Below the pieces are notes generated by a model, which saw only the letters and a program-made list of their open reading frames with translations, ran no database searches and was not told the DNA's origin. The position numbers and the translations under genes were made by a program. 60,945 nt of DNA from Macrostomum lignano (lineage: Eukaryota), in NCBI GenBank assembly GCA_002269645.1, contig NIVC01004090.1:1-60945 (forward strand), given 5' to 3'. Below are positions 1 to 25,732 of this stretch, piece by piece (positions within the stretch are counted from its first letter, which is position 1; each line of letters starts with the position of its first letter).

Positions 1-572
1 GGAGTCGGGGCATGGGGATCGGGAGTCGGGCATGGGGATCGAGAGTCGGGCATGGGAGGATCCCGAGAGTCGGGCATGGGGATCGAGTCGGGCAATGGGG
101 ATCGAGAGTCGGGCATGGGGATCGAGAGTCGGGCATGGGGATCGGGAGTCGGGGCATGGGGATCGGGAGTCGGGCATGGGGATCGGGAGTCGGGCATGGG
201 GATCGGGAGTCGGGCATGGGGATCGGGAGTCGGGGCATGGGGATCGGAGTCGGGCAATGGGATCGAGAGTCGGGCATGGGGATCGGGAGTCGGGCATTGG
301 GGATCGAGAGTCGGGCATGGGGATCGAGAGTCGGGCATGGGGATCGAGGAGTCGGGGCATGGGATCGGGAGTCGGGGCATGGGGATCGAGAGTCGGGCAT
401 GGGGATCGAGAGTCGGGCATGGGATCGAGAGTCGGGCATGGGGATCGAGAGTCGGGCATGGGGATCGGGAGTCGGGGCATGGGGGATCGGAGTCGGGCAA
501 TGGGGATCGAGAGTCGGATGGGATCGAGAGTCGGGCATGGGATCGGAGTCGGGGCATGGGGATCAAGAGTCG
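1..572. repeat. Minisatellite, ~20-21 bp unit (GGGCATGGGGATCGAGAGTC), running off the window start
   Basis: Tandem copies directly visible; the overlapping + ORFs 12..788, 32..718 and 52..588 are translations of the repeat. Confidence 0.95.
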
Positions 573-573
573 G

Positions 574-788
574 GCGGGCAGTCACTGACTGTCAAGCGCA
601 ACTCGAGCAAGAATTTCCGTCCACCCCGCAGCGGTCCAAGAGACGCAGCTGTGGGAGCCGCGGGTGCAGCAGCACCACCACCTGCGCCAGCAGTCCCACC
701 CGCCCAACAACAGCCTGACGATGCGGCAGCACGGAGGCGGCAGGAGCAGGACTGCAACCTGTACTCTGCGTGGCGGACTCAGTACTGA
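574..788 (+). CDS. Possible terminal exon of an unidentified gene that starts left of the window
   Basis: GC-rich non-repetitive stretch after a GGGCAG acceptor-like site; reads SLTVKRNSSKNFRPPRSG...DCNLYSAWRTQY* (TGA 786-788). No homology recognised. Confidence 0.3.
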
Positions 789-789
789 A

Positions 790-1055
790 TGCGCGGGGCA
801 GAGCTGACTCAGTCCGACTCTCACGCCACGAGCCCGGGTTCGATTCCGTGCGCGGCCGCATTCATTTGGGCTCGTGAGCACAAAAATTCGCCGGTGGGTT
901 TCCGTGCGATGCACAGCCGTGAGTGCCAACCCCCAAGGCACAGAGAGTGCACATGCCTGAGGACTGGAGTCACGGCCGCTGTGAGCGTGTTTGTGACTGC
1001 ATGCCTGTGTGCAGCGCTTGCATGCCGCTCAGCAGTCAGCCGAATTCCTTAGCGC
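790..1055 (+). mobile_element. tRNA(Glu-CTC)-derived pseudogene or SINE head plus body
   Basis: Anticodon-like loop CTCTCAC (818-824) followed by CCCGGGTTCGATTCC (B-box/T arm, 833-847); anticodon and acceptor stems do not pair, so it is not a functional tRNA. Confidence 0.4.
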
Positions 1056-1854
1056 TGAATATTATAATTGCTATTGCTGAATGCACATCGCTACATTAAT
1101 GCTAACCTGCTGCTCGCAGACCTCGGCTGTGGGCCGCTGTGAGAAGCAGCAATTGATTGCCGCTTGAAATCAGCAGCAAATTGGGCTGGGCGCTCTCCAA
1201 CAATTGCGAAGTTTCTGCTCCTAAAAGCAAAGAAAAAGTGTAAGCCCTATAGGCTCAGCTGGAGCAGTCTATCGATTGCTGCTCTTGGCGGGTCTGCAGC
1301 CAGCCCAAAGCCAGGCTGCCAGATGCTCCAACAAGCTCAAATAAAGAGCGAACAAAACAAACCGGGTAAGAATTGCAGTGGCTGCAGGGAATGCCGCAAA
1401 TGCTGCTTCTAACTCGCGCCAGAGCAATGCTGCTGCTCCCCGCTGAATGTACTTTTTCTGCGCTTAGTCAGTCTGAAAGCCGATATGAAAAACCTAGCGA
1501 GAGTCCCAAGCGTTCTCTCACCTGCAGCCGATCTGCAATCGTTTGTTTATGCGCGTGAAAACTTCAAGTTCACCGCCCCAACTGTGTACAGCAAGGCTAA
1601 CTGAGATTTTGCAATGCACCCTCGATGTTGTTTTGTCACCGATTGAAATCCCCGGCATATCAAATACCACTGCTGCGACTAATTGATTATTAATTATCAG
1701 TGCGGTGCGAATCACCCACGCATATCCGTCAGTCAGTGCCTGGTCTTCTCATTTTTGTACATCATGACTTCTGTGAGACAAATGGCCACGGATTTCTAGA
1801 GTTGACCGAAGCAGTTCCGAGTCCGGAGCCAAGTTATGCCATTGGCCAAAGTCA

Positions 1855-2422
1855 GGATGAGCAGTTGAGGAGGCAGCTCAGTAACTGAGGATCTGGAAAA
1901 GAGGCAGCTCAGTAACTGAAGATCTGGGAAGGAGGCAGCTCAGTAACTGAAGATCTGGGAAGGAGGCAGCTCAGTAACTGAGGATCTGGGAAGGAGGCAG
2001 CTCAGTAACTGGGGATCTAGGAAGGATGCAGCTCAGTAACTGAGGATCTGGGAAGGATGCAGCTCAGTAACTGAGGATCTGGGAAGGAGGCAGCTCAGTA
2101 ACTGGGGATCTGGGAAGGAGGCAGCTCAGTAACTGGGGATCTGGGAAGGAGGCAGCTCAGTAACTGAGGATCTGGGAAGGAGGCAGCTCAGTAACTGGGG
2201 ATCTGGGAAGGAGGCAGCTCAGTAACTGAGGATCTGGGAAGGAGGCAGCTCAGTAACTGGGGATCTGGGGAGGAGGCTGCTCAGTAACTGAGGATCTGGG
2301 AAGGAGACAGCTCAGTAACTGAGGATCTGGGAAGGAGGCAGCTCAGTAACTGAGGATCTGGGAAGGAGGCAGCTCAGTAACTGAGGATCTGGGAAGGAGA
2401 CAGCTCAGTAACTGAGGATCTG
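1855..2422. repeat. Minisatellite, 31 bp unit (GAGGCAGCTCAGTAACTGAGGATCTGGGAAG), ~18 copies
   Basis: Period of 31 measured between successive GCAGCTCAG motifs (1873, 1904). Confidence 0.95.
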
Positions 2423-3158
2423 GCAGTTCGGCTTGAGTCGAATAGCAAAGCATGCTCTTTGAGAGATGCAGCCCCCGACCTCAAATCCCTGTTTATTCTC
2501 CCACTGAGGTATCGAGTTTTTCGCTGCCAATCCCGCAGCCGCCGGCCGCCTGAGGCAGGAGGCCCGGATGACCGGCAGGGCGCGCCGAGGACAAGTGGGA
2601 TAAGCAGGGGAAAACTCCCCATAGAAAAGAGGAGTTTATCGGGATTATCGGGATAAGGACCTGCCGACCAGCAGATGGCGCGGCTCTCACGGGCAAAATT
2701 AATGAGGCAGCGGAGGCTGGGATGAAGGGACAGCGGGGGGCATCTACTGGCGGCCCGGCAACAGGGGGGCTGCGGCTCATTCTTCTCTGCTGAGCAGCTG
2801 CTCGGCCGCTAATTCCCCATCGCCACAAGACTGTAGAGGGCAAAATGGCTCAGATTTGTCTAGTGAGCCTTCAAGCCACGCGCATTTATCCCGCATCGCA
2901 GGCCCCGGATATTTCAGCTGAAGAAAAAGCAGCCATTTTTATTATCAGTCGGAGTGAAGGACTTTCCGCAGCTGCTGCCCCGCCCTCCCAGTTCGATTAA
3001 TTGATGCAGGGCTCCCCGAGCGCTGCGGGACCGCAGCGGCCATGGATTCGCGTGGGATTTCAGCCCAGCGGCCGGATACGCCGCAGCACGTTCAGCGCCT
3101 CTTCAGGGGCGGCACCTCTTGGCGCGCTCGATTCAGGACTTTTGGGGCCGCCTCCATC

Positions 3159-3839
3159 TTGAGGCCATCCTCAATACCTGCTGTGAGCTGAGGCCATCCT
3201 CACTCAATCCCTGCTGTGAGCTGAGGCCATCCTCACCCAATCCCTGCTGTGAGCTGAGGCCATTCTCAATCCCTGCTGTGAGCTGAGGCCATCCTCACTC
3301 AATCCCTGCTGTGAGCTGAGGCCATTCTCAATCCCTGCTGTGAGCTGAGGCCATCCTCACTCAATCCCTGCTGTGAGCTGAGGCCATCCTCACTCAATCC
3401 CTGCTGTGAGCTGAGGCCATTCTCAATCCCTGCTGTGAGCTGAGGCCATCCTCACTCAATCCCTGCTGTGAGCTGAGGCCATCCTCACTCAATCCCTGCT
3501 GTGAGCTGAGGCCATCCTCACTCAATCCCTGCTGTGAGCTGAGGCCATCCTCACTCAATCCCTGCTGTGAGCTGAGGCCATTCTCAATCCCTGCTGTGAG
3601 CTGAGGCCATCCTCACTCGATCCCTGCTGTGAGCTGAGGCTATTCTCAATCCCTGCTGTGAGCTGAGGCCATCCTCACTCAATCCCTGCTGTGAGCTGAG
3701 GCCATCCTCACTCAATCCCTGCTGTGAGCTGAGGCCATCCTCACTCAATCCCTGCTGTGAGCTGAGGCCATTCTCATGCAATCCCTGCTGTGAGCTGAGG
3801 CCATTCTCAATCCCTGCTGTGAGCTGAGGCCATTCTCAA
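3159..3839. repeat. Minisatellite, 33/29 bp unit (CTGCTGTGAGCTGAGGCCATCCTCACTCAATCC), ~21 copies
   Basis: Two length variants interspersed, directly visible. Confidence 0.95.
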
Positions 3840-4394
3840 CCGCTGCCAACCTGAAGGCAACCGTGAGGCCGCAGCAGGGTGAGCAAGTGCAAATGAGGCC
3901 ACTCCAATCAATGCGAGTTCAGTTGGATTCGAGTTGCTAGGAACAAATCAGAAACAGTGCCCGCCTCTCGTGTATCTGCATGCGCAATCGGAAGTGCTGC
4001 AGCTATTGAAAGAAAATTACAGGATTGAGATCAGAGCAGAAATTGGCATGAAGGTAAAAATTGGACAAGCAACATAAAGCTGAGAGCCTGAACAACACGC
4101 GCTGGTGACAAAATGAAGGAATTGTACATGCAAGCATTGGGATTTAGTGAGATACCAAAACGGTAATTGGTACGATTAATCAAGTAAATGGTTAAGTACT
4201 GCATATTTATTCATAGATTCATAGACAGGCCGAGTGTGAGCGGTTTTCAATCAAGAAACGGCAAACAGTCTGCGAAGGGCCCGGGGTCTCGCGTTCTGGC
4301 AATTGGCGACAGAAAATTGCTCAGGGCTTCACAATAAGTTCTGTGAAAAATACAGGGCTGCAATTGTACGGGCGCTAGCGAAATTCAACACACG

Positions 4395-4760
4395 GGTCTG
4401 GGAGGCTGGCGGTAGCCCAGTAACCGAGGATATGGGGGGCTGGCCCTGCAGCTGAGGGTCTGGGAGGCTGGCGGTAGCCCAGTAACCGAGGGTATGGGAG
4501 GCTGGCCCTGCAGCTGAGGGTATGGGAGGCTGGCGGTAGGCTGCAGCTGAGGGTATGGGAGGCTGCAGCTGGGTGTATGGGAGGCTGCAGCTGAGTGTAT
4601 GGGAGGCTGGCCCTGCAGCTGAGGGTATGGGAGGCTGGCCCTGCAGCTGAGGGTATGGGAGGCTGCAGCTGAGTGTATGGGAGGCTGGCCCTGCAGCTGA
4701 GGGTATGGGAGGCTGCAGCTGAGGGTATGGGAGGCTGCAGCTGAGGGTATGGGAGGATAT
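4395..4760. repeat. Variable minisatellite (GGGAGGCTGGCCCTGCAGCTGAGGGTAT-like)
   Basis: Tandem variants directly visible. Confidence 0.9.
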
Positions 4761-5130
4761 GGGAGAATATATGGGAAAATGACAGCTCAACAACTGAAGA
4801 TCTCAGCTTTTAGAAGACCAGAAACCGTACCAATATTTCGGAGTACTTCGCAGCACATTTGACAGTTTCAATTAAACAATGCCAGACACCGGGATCAGAG
4901 ACGCAAGCTTGGCAAGGAGCCAGCGCAGGTGTGGAGTGCGACGGAATCAGTAACAGGTAAGAAATTGAGAATAAAAGAAAGACCATTTTAGCAGTAAATA
5001 ATAAAATTGTCAAAATCACGAATCACGACTAAGAATTAGTTTGGAAAAATTCCTATTGTAGAGTCTCGGCGGCAGCGCACATCAAACACTTTATGTCCCA
5101 GGCTCACAGGGCCGCTCTTTGCTTTCGATA

Positions 5131-5660
5131 GACAGGGTTGCTATGAACATTTTAGTAAAACAGGGTTGCTATGGACGCTTTTGTGAGACAGGGTTGCTAT
5201 GGACGCTGTTGTGAGACAGGGTTGCTATGGACGCTTTCGTGAGACAGGGTTGCTATGGACGCTTTCGTGAGACAGGGTTGCTATGGAGGCTTTCGTGAGA
5301 CAGAGTTGCTATGGACGCTATCGTGAGACAGGGTTGCTATGGAGGCTTTCGTGAGACAGAGTTGCTATGGACGCTATCGTGAGACAGAGTTGCTATGGAC
5401 GCTATCGTGAGACAGGGTTGCTATGGAGGCTTTCGTGAGACAGAGTTGCTATGGACGCTATCGTGAGACAGGGTTGCTATGGACGCTTTCGTGAGACAGG
5501 GTTGCTATGGACGCTTTCGTGAGACAGAGTTGCTATGGACGCTATCGTGAGACAGGGTTGCTATGGACGCTATCGTGAGACAGGGTTGCTATGGACGCTA
5601 TCGTGAGACAGGGTTGCTATGGAGGCTTTCGTGAGACAGGGTTGCTAAGGACGCTTTCGC
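5131..5660. repeat. Minisatellite, 28 bp unit (GAGACAGGGTTGCTATGGACGCTTTCGT), ~19 copies, just downstream of the ABCC10 stop
   Basis: Period 28 (5161, 5189). Confidence 0.95.
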
Positions 5661-5691
5661 ACACGAGAGGTTGAACCCAGCCAAGTCCTGG

Positions 5692-20753
<15,062 letters not shown>

Positions 20754-20812
20754 ATCAGGATTGTGGAAGAGCTGTCAGCGGGCTGGCGGGCCTGACATCT
20801 GACAGCTGAAAC

Positions 20813-21563
20813 TGAGGGAGCGGAGAGGCAGACGCAGGGACTGATCAGGGAGCGGAGAGGCAGATGCATAGACTGATCAGGGGGCGGAGAGGCAGATGCA
20901 AAGACTGATCACGGAGCGGAGAGGCAGATGCAGGGACTGATCACGGAGCAGAGAGGCAGATGCAGGGACTGATCAGGGGGCGGAGAGGCAGATGCAGGGA
21001 CTGATCAGGGAGCGGAGAGGCAGATGCATAGACTGATCAGGGGGCGGAGAGGCAGATGCAGGGACTGATCAGGGGGCGGAGAGGCAGATGCAGGGACTGA
21101 TCAGGGAGCGGAGAGCAGATGCAGGGACTGATCAGGGGGCGGAGAGGCAGATGCAGGGACTGATCACGGAGCGGAGAGGCAGATGCAGGGACTGATCACG
21201 GAGCGGAGAGGCAGATGCAGGGACTGATCAGGGGGCGGAGAGGCAGATGCAGGGCCTGATCAGGGAGCGGAGAGACAGATGCAGGGCCTGATCAGGGAGC
21301 GGAGAGACAGATTCAGGAACTGATCAGGGGGCGGAGAGCAGATGCATAGACTGATCAGGGAGCGGAGAGGCAGATGCAGGGACTGATCAGGGGGCGGAGA
21401 GGCAGATGCAGGGCCTGATCAGGGAGCGGAGAGACAGATTCAGGAACTGATCAGGGGGCGGAGAGCAGATGCATAGACTGATCAGGGAGCGGAGAGCAGA
21501 TGCAGAGACTGATCAGGGAGCGGAGAGCAGATGCAGGGACTGATCAGGGGGCGGAGAGGCAGG
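20813..21563. repeat. Minisatellite, 32 bp unit (GGGCGGAGAGGCAGATGCAGGGACTGATCAGG), ~23 copies, upstream of the ABCC10 ATG
   Basis: Period 32 (20821, 20853). Confidence 0.93.
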
Positions 21564-22285
21564 CTCAGAAGGCCCAACAACGAGGAAAGTGTCATCATTA
21601 CAAGAAAAGGTGCTGACTGATCCAGCGCAAATAAGCAAAGCCAAAGCCGCAGTTCAGCTGTGAAATGAGCTGTAAAATTGAAAAAAATTGCCCCTGTATA
21701 ATTGGCGCCCACAGCAAACATGAAGCAAACATGGAGAACAGAAGCGAAGCGACATGAAAGCGGGCAGAGGGCGGGCCGTCACCCACAAAGCACACAGAGA
21801 AAGAGCGGAGCAAGCAGCCGGATAGCAGACTGGCGCCGAGACTTGATTTGATCAAAAATCACCATTGACGGTAAAACGGTAAAAAATCAATATTTACCGT
21901 TGATAAAAAACAACACCTGTAATAAATACTATTAAAACACAAGAGTAAGAAGAGCTAACAGAGGGTTTTTTCCTTAATGCTCATAGGCACAGTTTATCCT
22001 TATCAGTAGGAGTGTCAGAACATTTCTATACCCACAGAGTGTAAAAATTGTTCGTTGCACATTTGCATTCAAGACCTACACTGCTTTCAAATATTTATTC
22101 CTGACTTTGCCTGGATAATGTTCGGGTGGTAAAAATCCTAGCATAAACATTGGCAACTGAGTGCTAATCCTATGATGGCCTTCTCAACCATGCATTCTTC
22201 AATTCCCCCTTTATTAGCTCTAAGAAACTCCATAGCTGCAAGGAACTCCAGAGTCTGGATAGGAAGCGCTCGGAGAGCTCCATCA

Positions 22286-22630
22286 TCACGCATTAGCATA
22301 CAGCTTAGCCAGCTCAAGAACGAGCTCCCTGAGAAGCGCATTGTCCGGGCTGAGCGAGTCCAGCAGCTGCATCAGCTGGGCCTCCAGCTGCCGGAGGAAC
22401 TGCACCGTGTGGTCCAGGGCGCCCAGGCTGCGCAGGTGCCTGACGCAGAACTTTTTCACTTCAACATCGCGAGTTCGCTGACGCAGCACCGACGAGATTT
22501 GATCGTCGTCAGGGCAGTTCTGGATGGCCCACACGATCGGGTAGCTGTACTTGCCCTCCGTCAGGTCCTCGCAGAACGACTTGTTGTCATGGTACTCCTC
22601 CGACATCAGGTTCGCGAAGTCGTCACGGAC
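22286..22630 (-). CDS. GGPS1: GGPS1 exon 4
   Basis: VRDDFANLMSEEYHDNKSFCEDLTEGKYSYP...LYANA*. Confidence 0.94.
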   Translation of the reverse strand, partial: VRDDFANLMSEEYHDNKSFCEDLTEGKYSYPIVWAIQNCPDDDQISSVLRQRTRDVEVKKFCVRHLRSLGALDHTVQFLRQLEAQLMQLLDSLSPDNALLRELVLELAKLYANA

Positions 22631-25084
22631 CTGGGGAGATGTTCCATTTCAAATGGTGAGCGTCCGGGAAGGCTGCTTCACCCACCGACTGCTTCACCCA
22701 CATACTGGTACACCTGGAAGAGCACTCCCAGCCCAGTCTCACCTGGAAGAACACACTCCCAGCCCAGTCTCACCTGGAAGAGCACACTCCCAGCCCAGTC
22801 TCACCTGGAAGAGCACACTCCCAGCCCAGTCTCACCTGGAAGAGCACACTCCCAGCCCAGTCTCACCTGGAAGAGCACACTCCCAGCCCAGTCTCACCTG
22901 GAAGAACACACTCCCAGCCCAGTCTCACCTGGAAGAGCACACTCCCAGCCCAGTCTCACCTGGAAGAGCACACTCCCAGCCCAGTCTCACCTGGAAGAAC
23001 ACACTCCCAGCCCAGTCTCACCTGGAAGAACACACTCCCAGCCCAGTCTCACCTGGAAGAACACACTCCCAGCCCAGTCTCACCTGGAAGAGCACACTCC
23101 CAGCCCAGTCTCACCTGGAAGAACACACTCCCAGCCCAGTCTCACCTGGAAGAACACACTCCCAGCCCAGTCTCACCTGGAAGAACACACTCCCAGCCCA
23201 GTCTCATCTGGAAGAACACACTCCCAGCCCAGTCTCACCTGGAAGAACACACTCCCAGCCCAGTCTCACCTGGAAGAACACCCCCAGCAGGTCGGCCATG
23301 CGCAGCAGGTCGGTCTCCCTGGCCGCGCCGCAATCGCCAGAGAAGAGGCACATGAGGCGGATGCCCAGGCCAAAGAGGCCGCCAGTCTTCATGCGCACCA
23401 TCTCCTGGTACTGCTCCAGGGTGGGGCAGGTGTAGGTGTCCCGCCAGTACAGGTCGAGTCCCTGGCCGCGGTGCAGCACCAGCATCTGGTCAGTGAAGAC
23501 GCGCGGCACCCGGCTGTCGGGCAGGCGCAGCGCGGTGTCCAGCGCCTTGAAGTACATGTAGCAGGCGCTGTTCAGGGAGAGCGGCAGGCCGAACACGTGA
23601 TGGGCGACGGGCACGCCGCGGCGCAGCTCGGAGCTGTCTTCGATGTCGTCAATTCTGAGCGCGAGTTGCAATTTAGTCACTCAGTTTATAATAGTGAAGC
23701 CCGTAACAGTGATCCGCAGCTATGCATTCTGCTGACCCCTGAGCCCAAATGTGCACGTAAGGCTAAGATGTCAAGGCTTACGGGGATTGCTGAGATGTCG
23801 AGGCTTACTGTGATTAGGGGAATTGCTGAGATGTCGAGGCTTACTGTGATTAGGGGAATTGCTGAGATGTCGAGGCTTACTGTGATTGGGGGAATTGCTG
23901 AGATGTCGAGGCTGACAGGGGAGAATCGATGTGGTATTGAGGCTAAGGGGGGATTGCTGATATCAAGGGTGAGAGGTCAGAAGCTACATGTAGGAGTATT
24001 TTATTCAGTTTTTTCATTCCATTCTTTGTTGGCTCCCCAACGGGGGCGCTGATTGCTAGTTTTTGCTAGATGCCAATGTACGCAATATGCGCCTTAGAGG
24101 CAAGTTTTTGCTAGATGCCAATGTACGCAATATGCGCCTTAGAGGCAAGTTTTTGATAGATGCCAATGTACGCAATATGCGCCTTAGAGGCAAGTTTTTG
24201 ATAGATGCCAATGTACGCAATATGCACCTTAGAGGCAAGTTTTTGATAGATGCCAATGTACGCAATATGCGCCTTAGAGGCAAGTTTTTGCTAGATGCCA
24301 ATGTACGCAATATGCGCCTTAGAGGCAAGTTTTTGATAGATGCCAATGTACGCAATATGCGCCTTAGAGGCAAGTTTTTGATAGATGCCAATGTACGCAA
24401 TATGCACCTTAGAGGCAAGTTTTTGATAGATGCCAATGTACGCAATATGCGCCTTAGAGGCAAGTTTTTGCTAGATGCCAATGTACGCAATATGCGCCTT
24501 AGAGGCAAGTTTTTGATAGATGCCAATGTACGCAATATGCACCTTAGAGGCAAGTTTTTGATAGATGCCAATGTACGCAATATGCGCCTTAGAGGCAAGT
24601 TTTTGATAGATGCCAATGTACGCAATATGCGCCTTAGAGGCAAGTTTTTGCTAGATGCCAATGTACGCAATATGCGCCTTAGAGGCAAGTCCCAAGCAAG
24701 TTTTTGTGCAAGAGTCCTAAATTAAATAATTTGCTTTGGCGTAGAGCTACTTTGGCCTCCACAACAAAAAAGAATAGCAGCTTCATCACAGAGCGGACTC
24801 ACATCAGAGAGGAATTGTGCAGCATCTCAGCGATCTCCGAGATCACCGACATAACTTCTTCGCTTACATTCAACCAGTGATTAAAGGCCTGAAATTTAAG
24901 TTAAAAAATCCAGTAATAAAAGCAGGGGCTGTTTTCTTAGCTAAAAGTGAAATACAATTGTTACAATTATCAGCAAACTTACTTTGAAGAGCTTGCCTCG
25001 AATCTGCTTGCCACCAGCCTGGCAAATGTAGTTGTATGGTCCATTAAGGGCCTTATTCATGTGGTAGTCCAGACTCTGTGCCAT
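22286..25084 (-). CDS. GGPS1: Geranylgeranyl diphosphate synthase; 4 exons, 305 aa: join(25084-24983, 24888-24803, 23654-23270, 22630-22286)
   Basis: GGKQIR, AFNHWL, EMLHNSSLIIDDIEDSSELRRG (FARM), LHRGQGLDLYWRD, KTGGLF, FFQVRDDFANL (SARM), KSFCEDLTEGKYSYP; all GT-AG, phases 0/2/0; CDS 918 nt. Confidence 0.95.
22714..23269 (-). repeat. 18 tandem units (17 x 31 bp + 1 x 29 bp) GTGAGACTGGGCTGGGAGTGTG(T/C)TCTTCCAG forming the 5' part of GGPS1 intron 3
   Basis: 556 bp = 17x31 + 29; each unit runs GT...AG (one starts AT at 23207). Confidence 0.93.
23270..23654 (-). CDS. GGPS1: GGPS1 exon 3
   Basis: IDDIEDSSELRRG...LGVFFQ|GTGAGA. Confidence 0.94.
23760..23915. repeat. Minisatellite, 36 bp unit, ~4 copies (GGPS1 intron 2)
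   Basis: Period 36 (23788, 23824). Confidence 0.88.
24056..24690. repeat. Minisatellite, 51 bp unit, ~12.5 near-perfect copies (GGPS1 intron 2)
   Basis: TAGATGCCAATGTACGCAATATGCGCCTTAGAGGCAAGTTTTTG(A/C) tandem. Confidence 0.95.
24803..24888 (-). CDS. GGPS1: GGPS1 exon 2
   Basis: AFNHWLNVSEEVMSVISEIAEMLHNSSL(I)|GTGAGT. Confidence 0.92.
24983..25084 (-). CDS. GGPS1: GGPS1 exon 1
   Basis: MAQSLDYHMNKALNGPYNYICQAGGKQIRGKLFK|GTAAGT. Confidence 0.88.
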
Positions 25085-25732
25085 TGTGGTTTCAGGCTTA
25101 ACATGAAATATGCAATTTATTCATTAAATACTACAAAATAGCTAAGGGACACTAAATATTAAGTTAAACCATAAGTCGCCTATCAACGAAAGATGTTGCT
25201 AAATTTTTGGACTATTGCTTGCCCTGAATACAAGTAGTTTCTGATTAGGCTGCAACTTGAAATTATCAAATAATGAACTACATTTTACTATGCTATACAT
25301 CTGAACATGTTTGTTTAAAGTTATCAATGATTAGAAATAACTGGGTTATGGTTGCTAAACATGATTTTTCACAGCTATCAATTACTGTCATTGTCACTTA
25401 TGTTGCCAGATGTGTTTATAGGTTGATTGCTAGTGCATTCTAGTCATTTGTCCTGACCTATACTCAAGCCTTAGCAGCTGGATCAAGAAACACAGCAACA
25501 TTGGTGACAAGTTAATTATGTAATGTTTGATCAAGAGCATGAATACCAAATGTAAGGCACCACCTTATCAAAAGTCTACATTACTATTTTATCCTATCAT
25601 TGGCATCCCATGATAAAATGGCATTGACTCTTCTTAGACCCAAAATTTAAGAGCTAAAATATTTGTTGGTCATCCCCTCACTTTTTAGATTTTGGATAAA
25701 TTTATAGCTAGGCTAGTTATAAACAGATTTTA

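Noticed and set aside
12-788. Long + strand ORFs of 178-258 aa
   Set aside because: Translations of a stop-free minisatellite; only the non-repetitive tail after 574 might be coding.
790-870. Functional tRNA-Glu gene
   Set aside because: Acceptor and anticodon stems cannot pair; kept only as a tRNA-derived relic.
1855-5660. Regularly spaced 28-33 bp repeats resembling CRISPR arrays
   Set aside because: Units are head-to-tail with no unique spacers, there are no cas genes, and the context is eukaryotic.
22172-24725. 626-aa, 294-aa, 220-aa and 210-aa ORFs
   Set aside because: Antisense to GGPS1 and/or read through 31-, 36- and 51-bp arrays.
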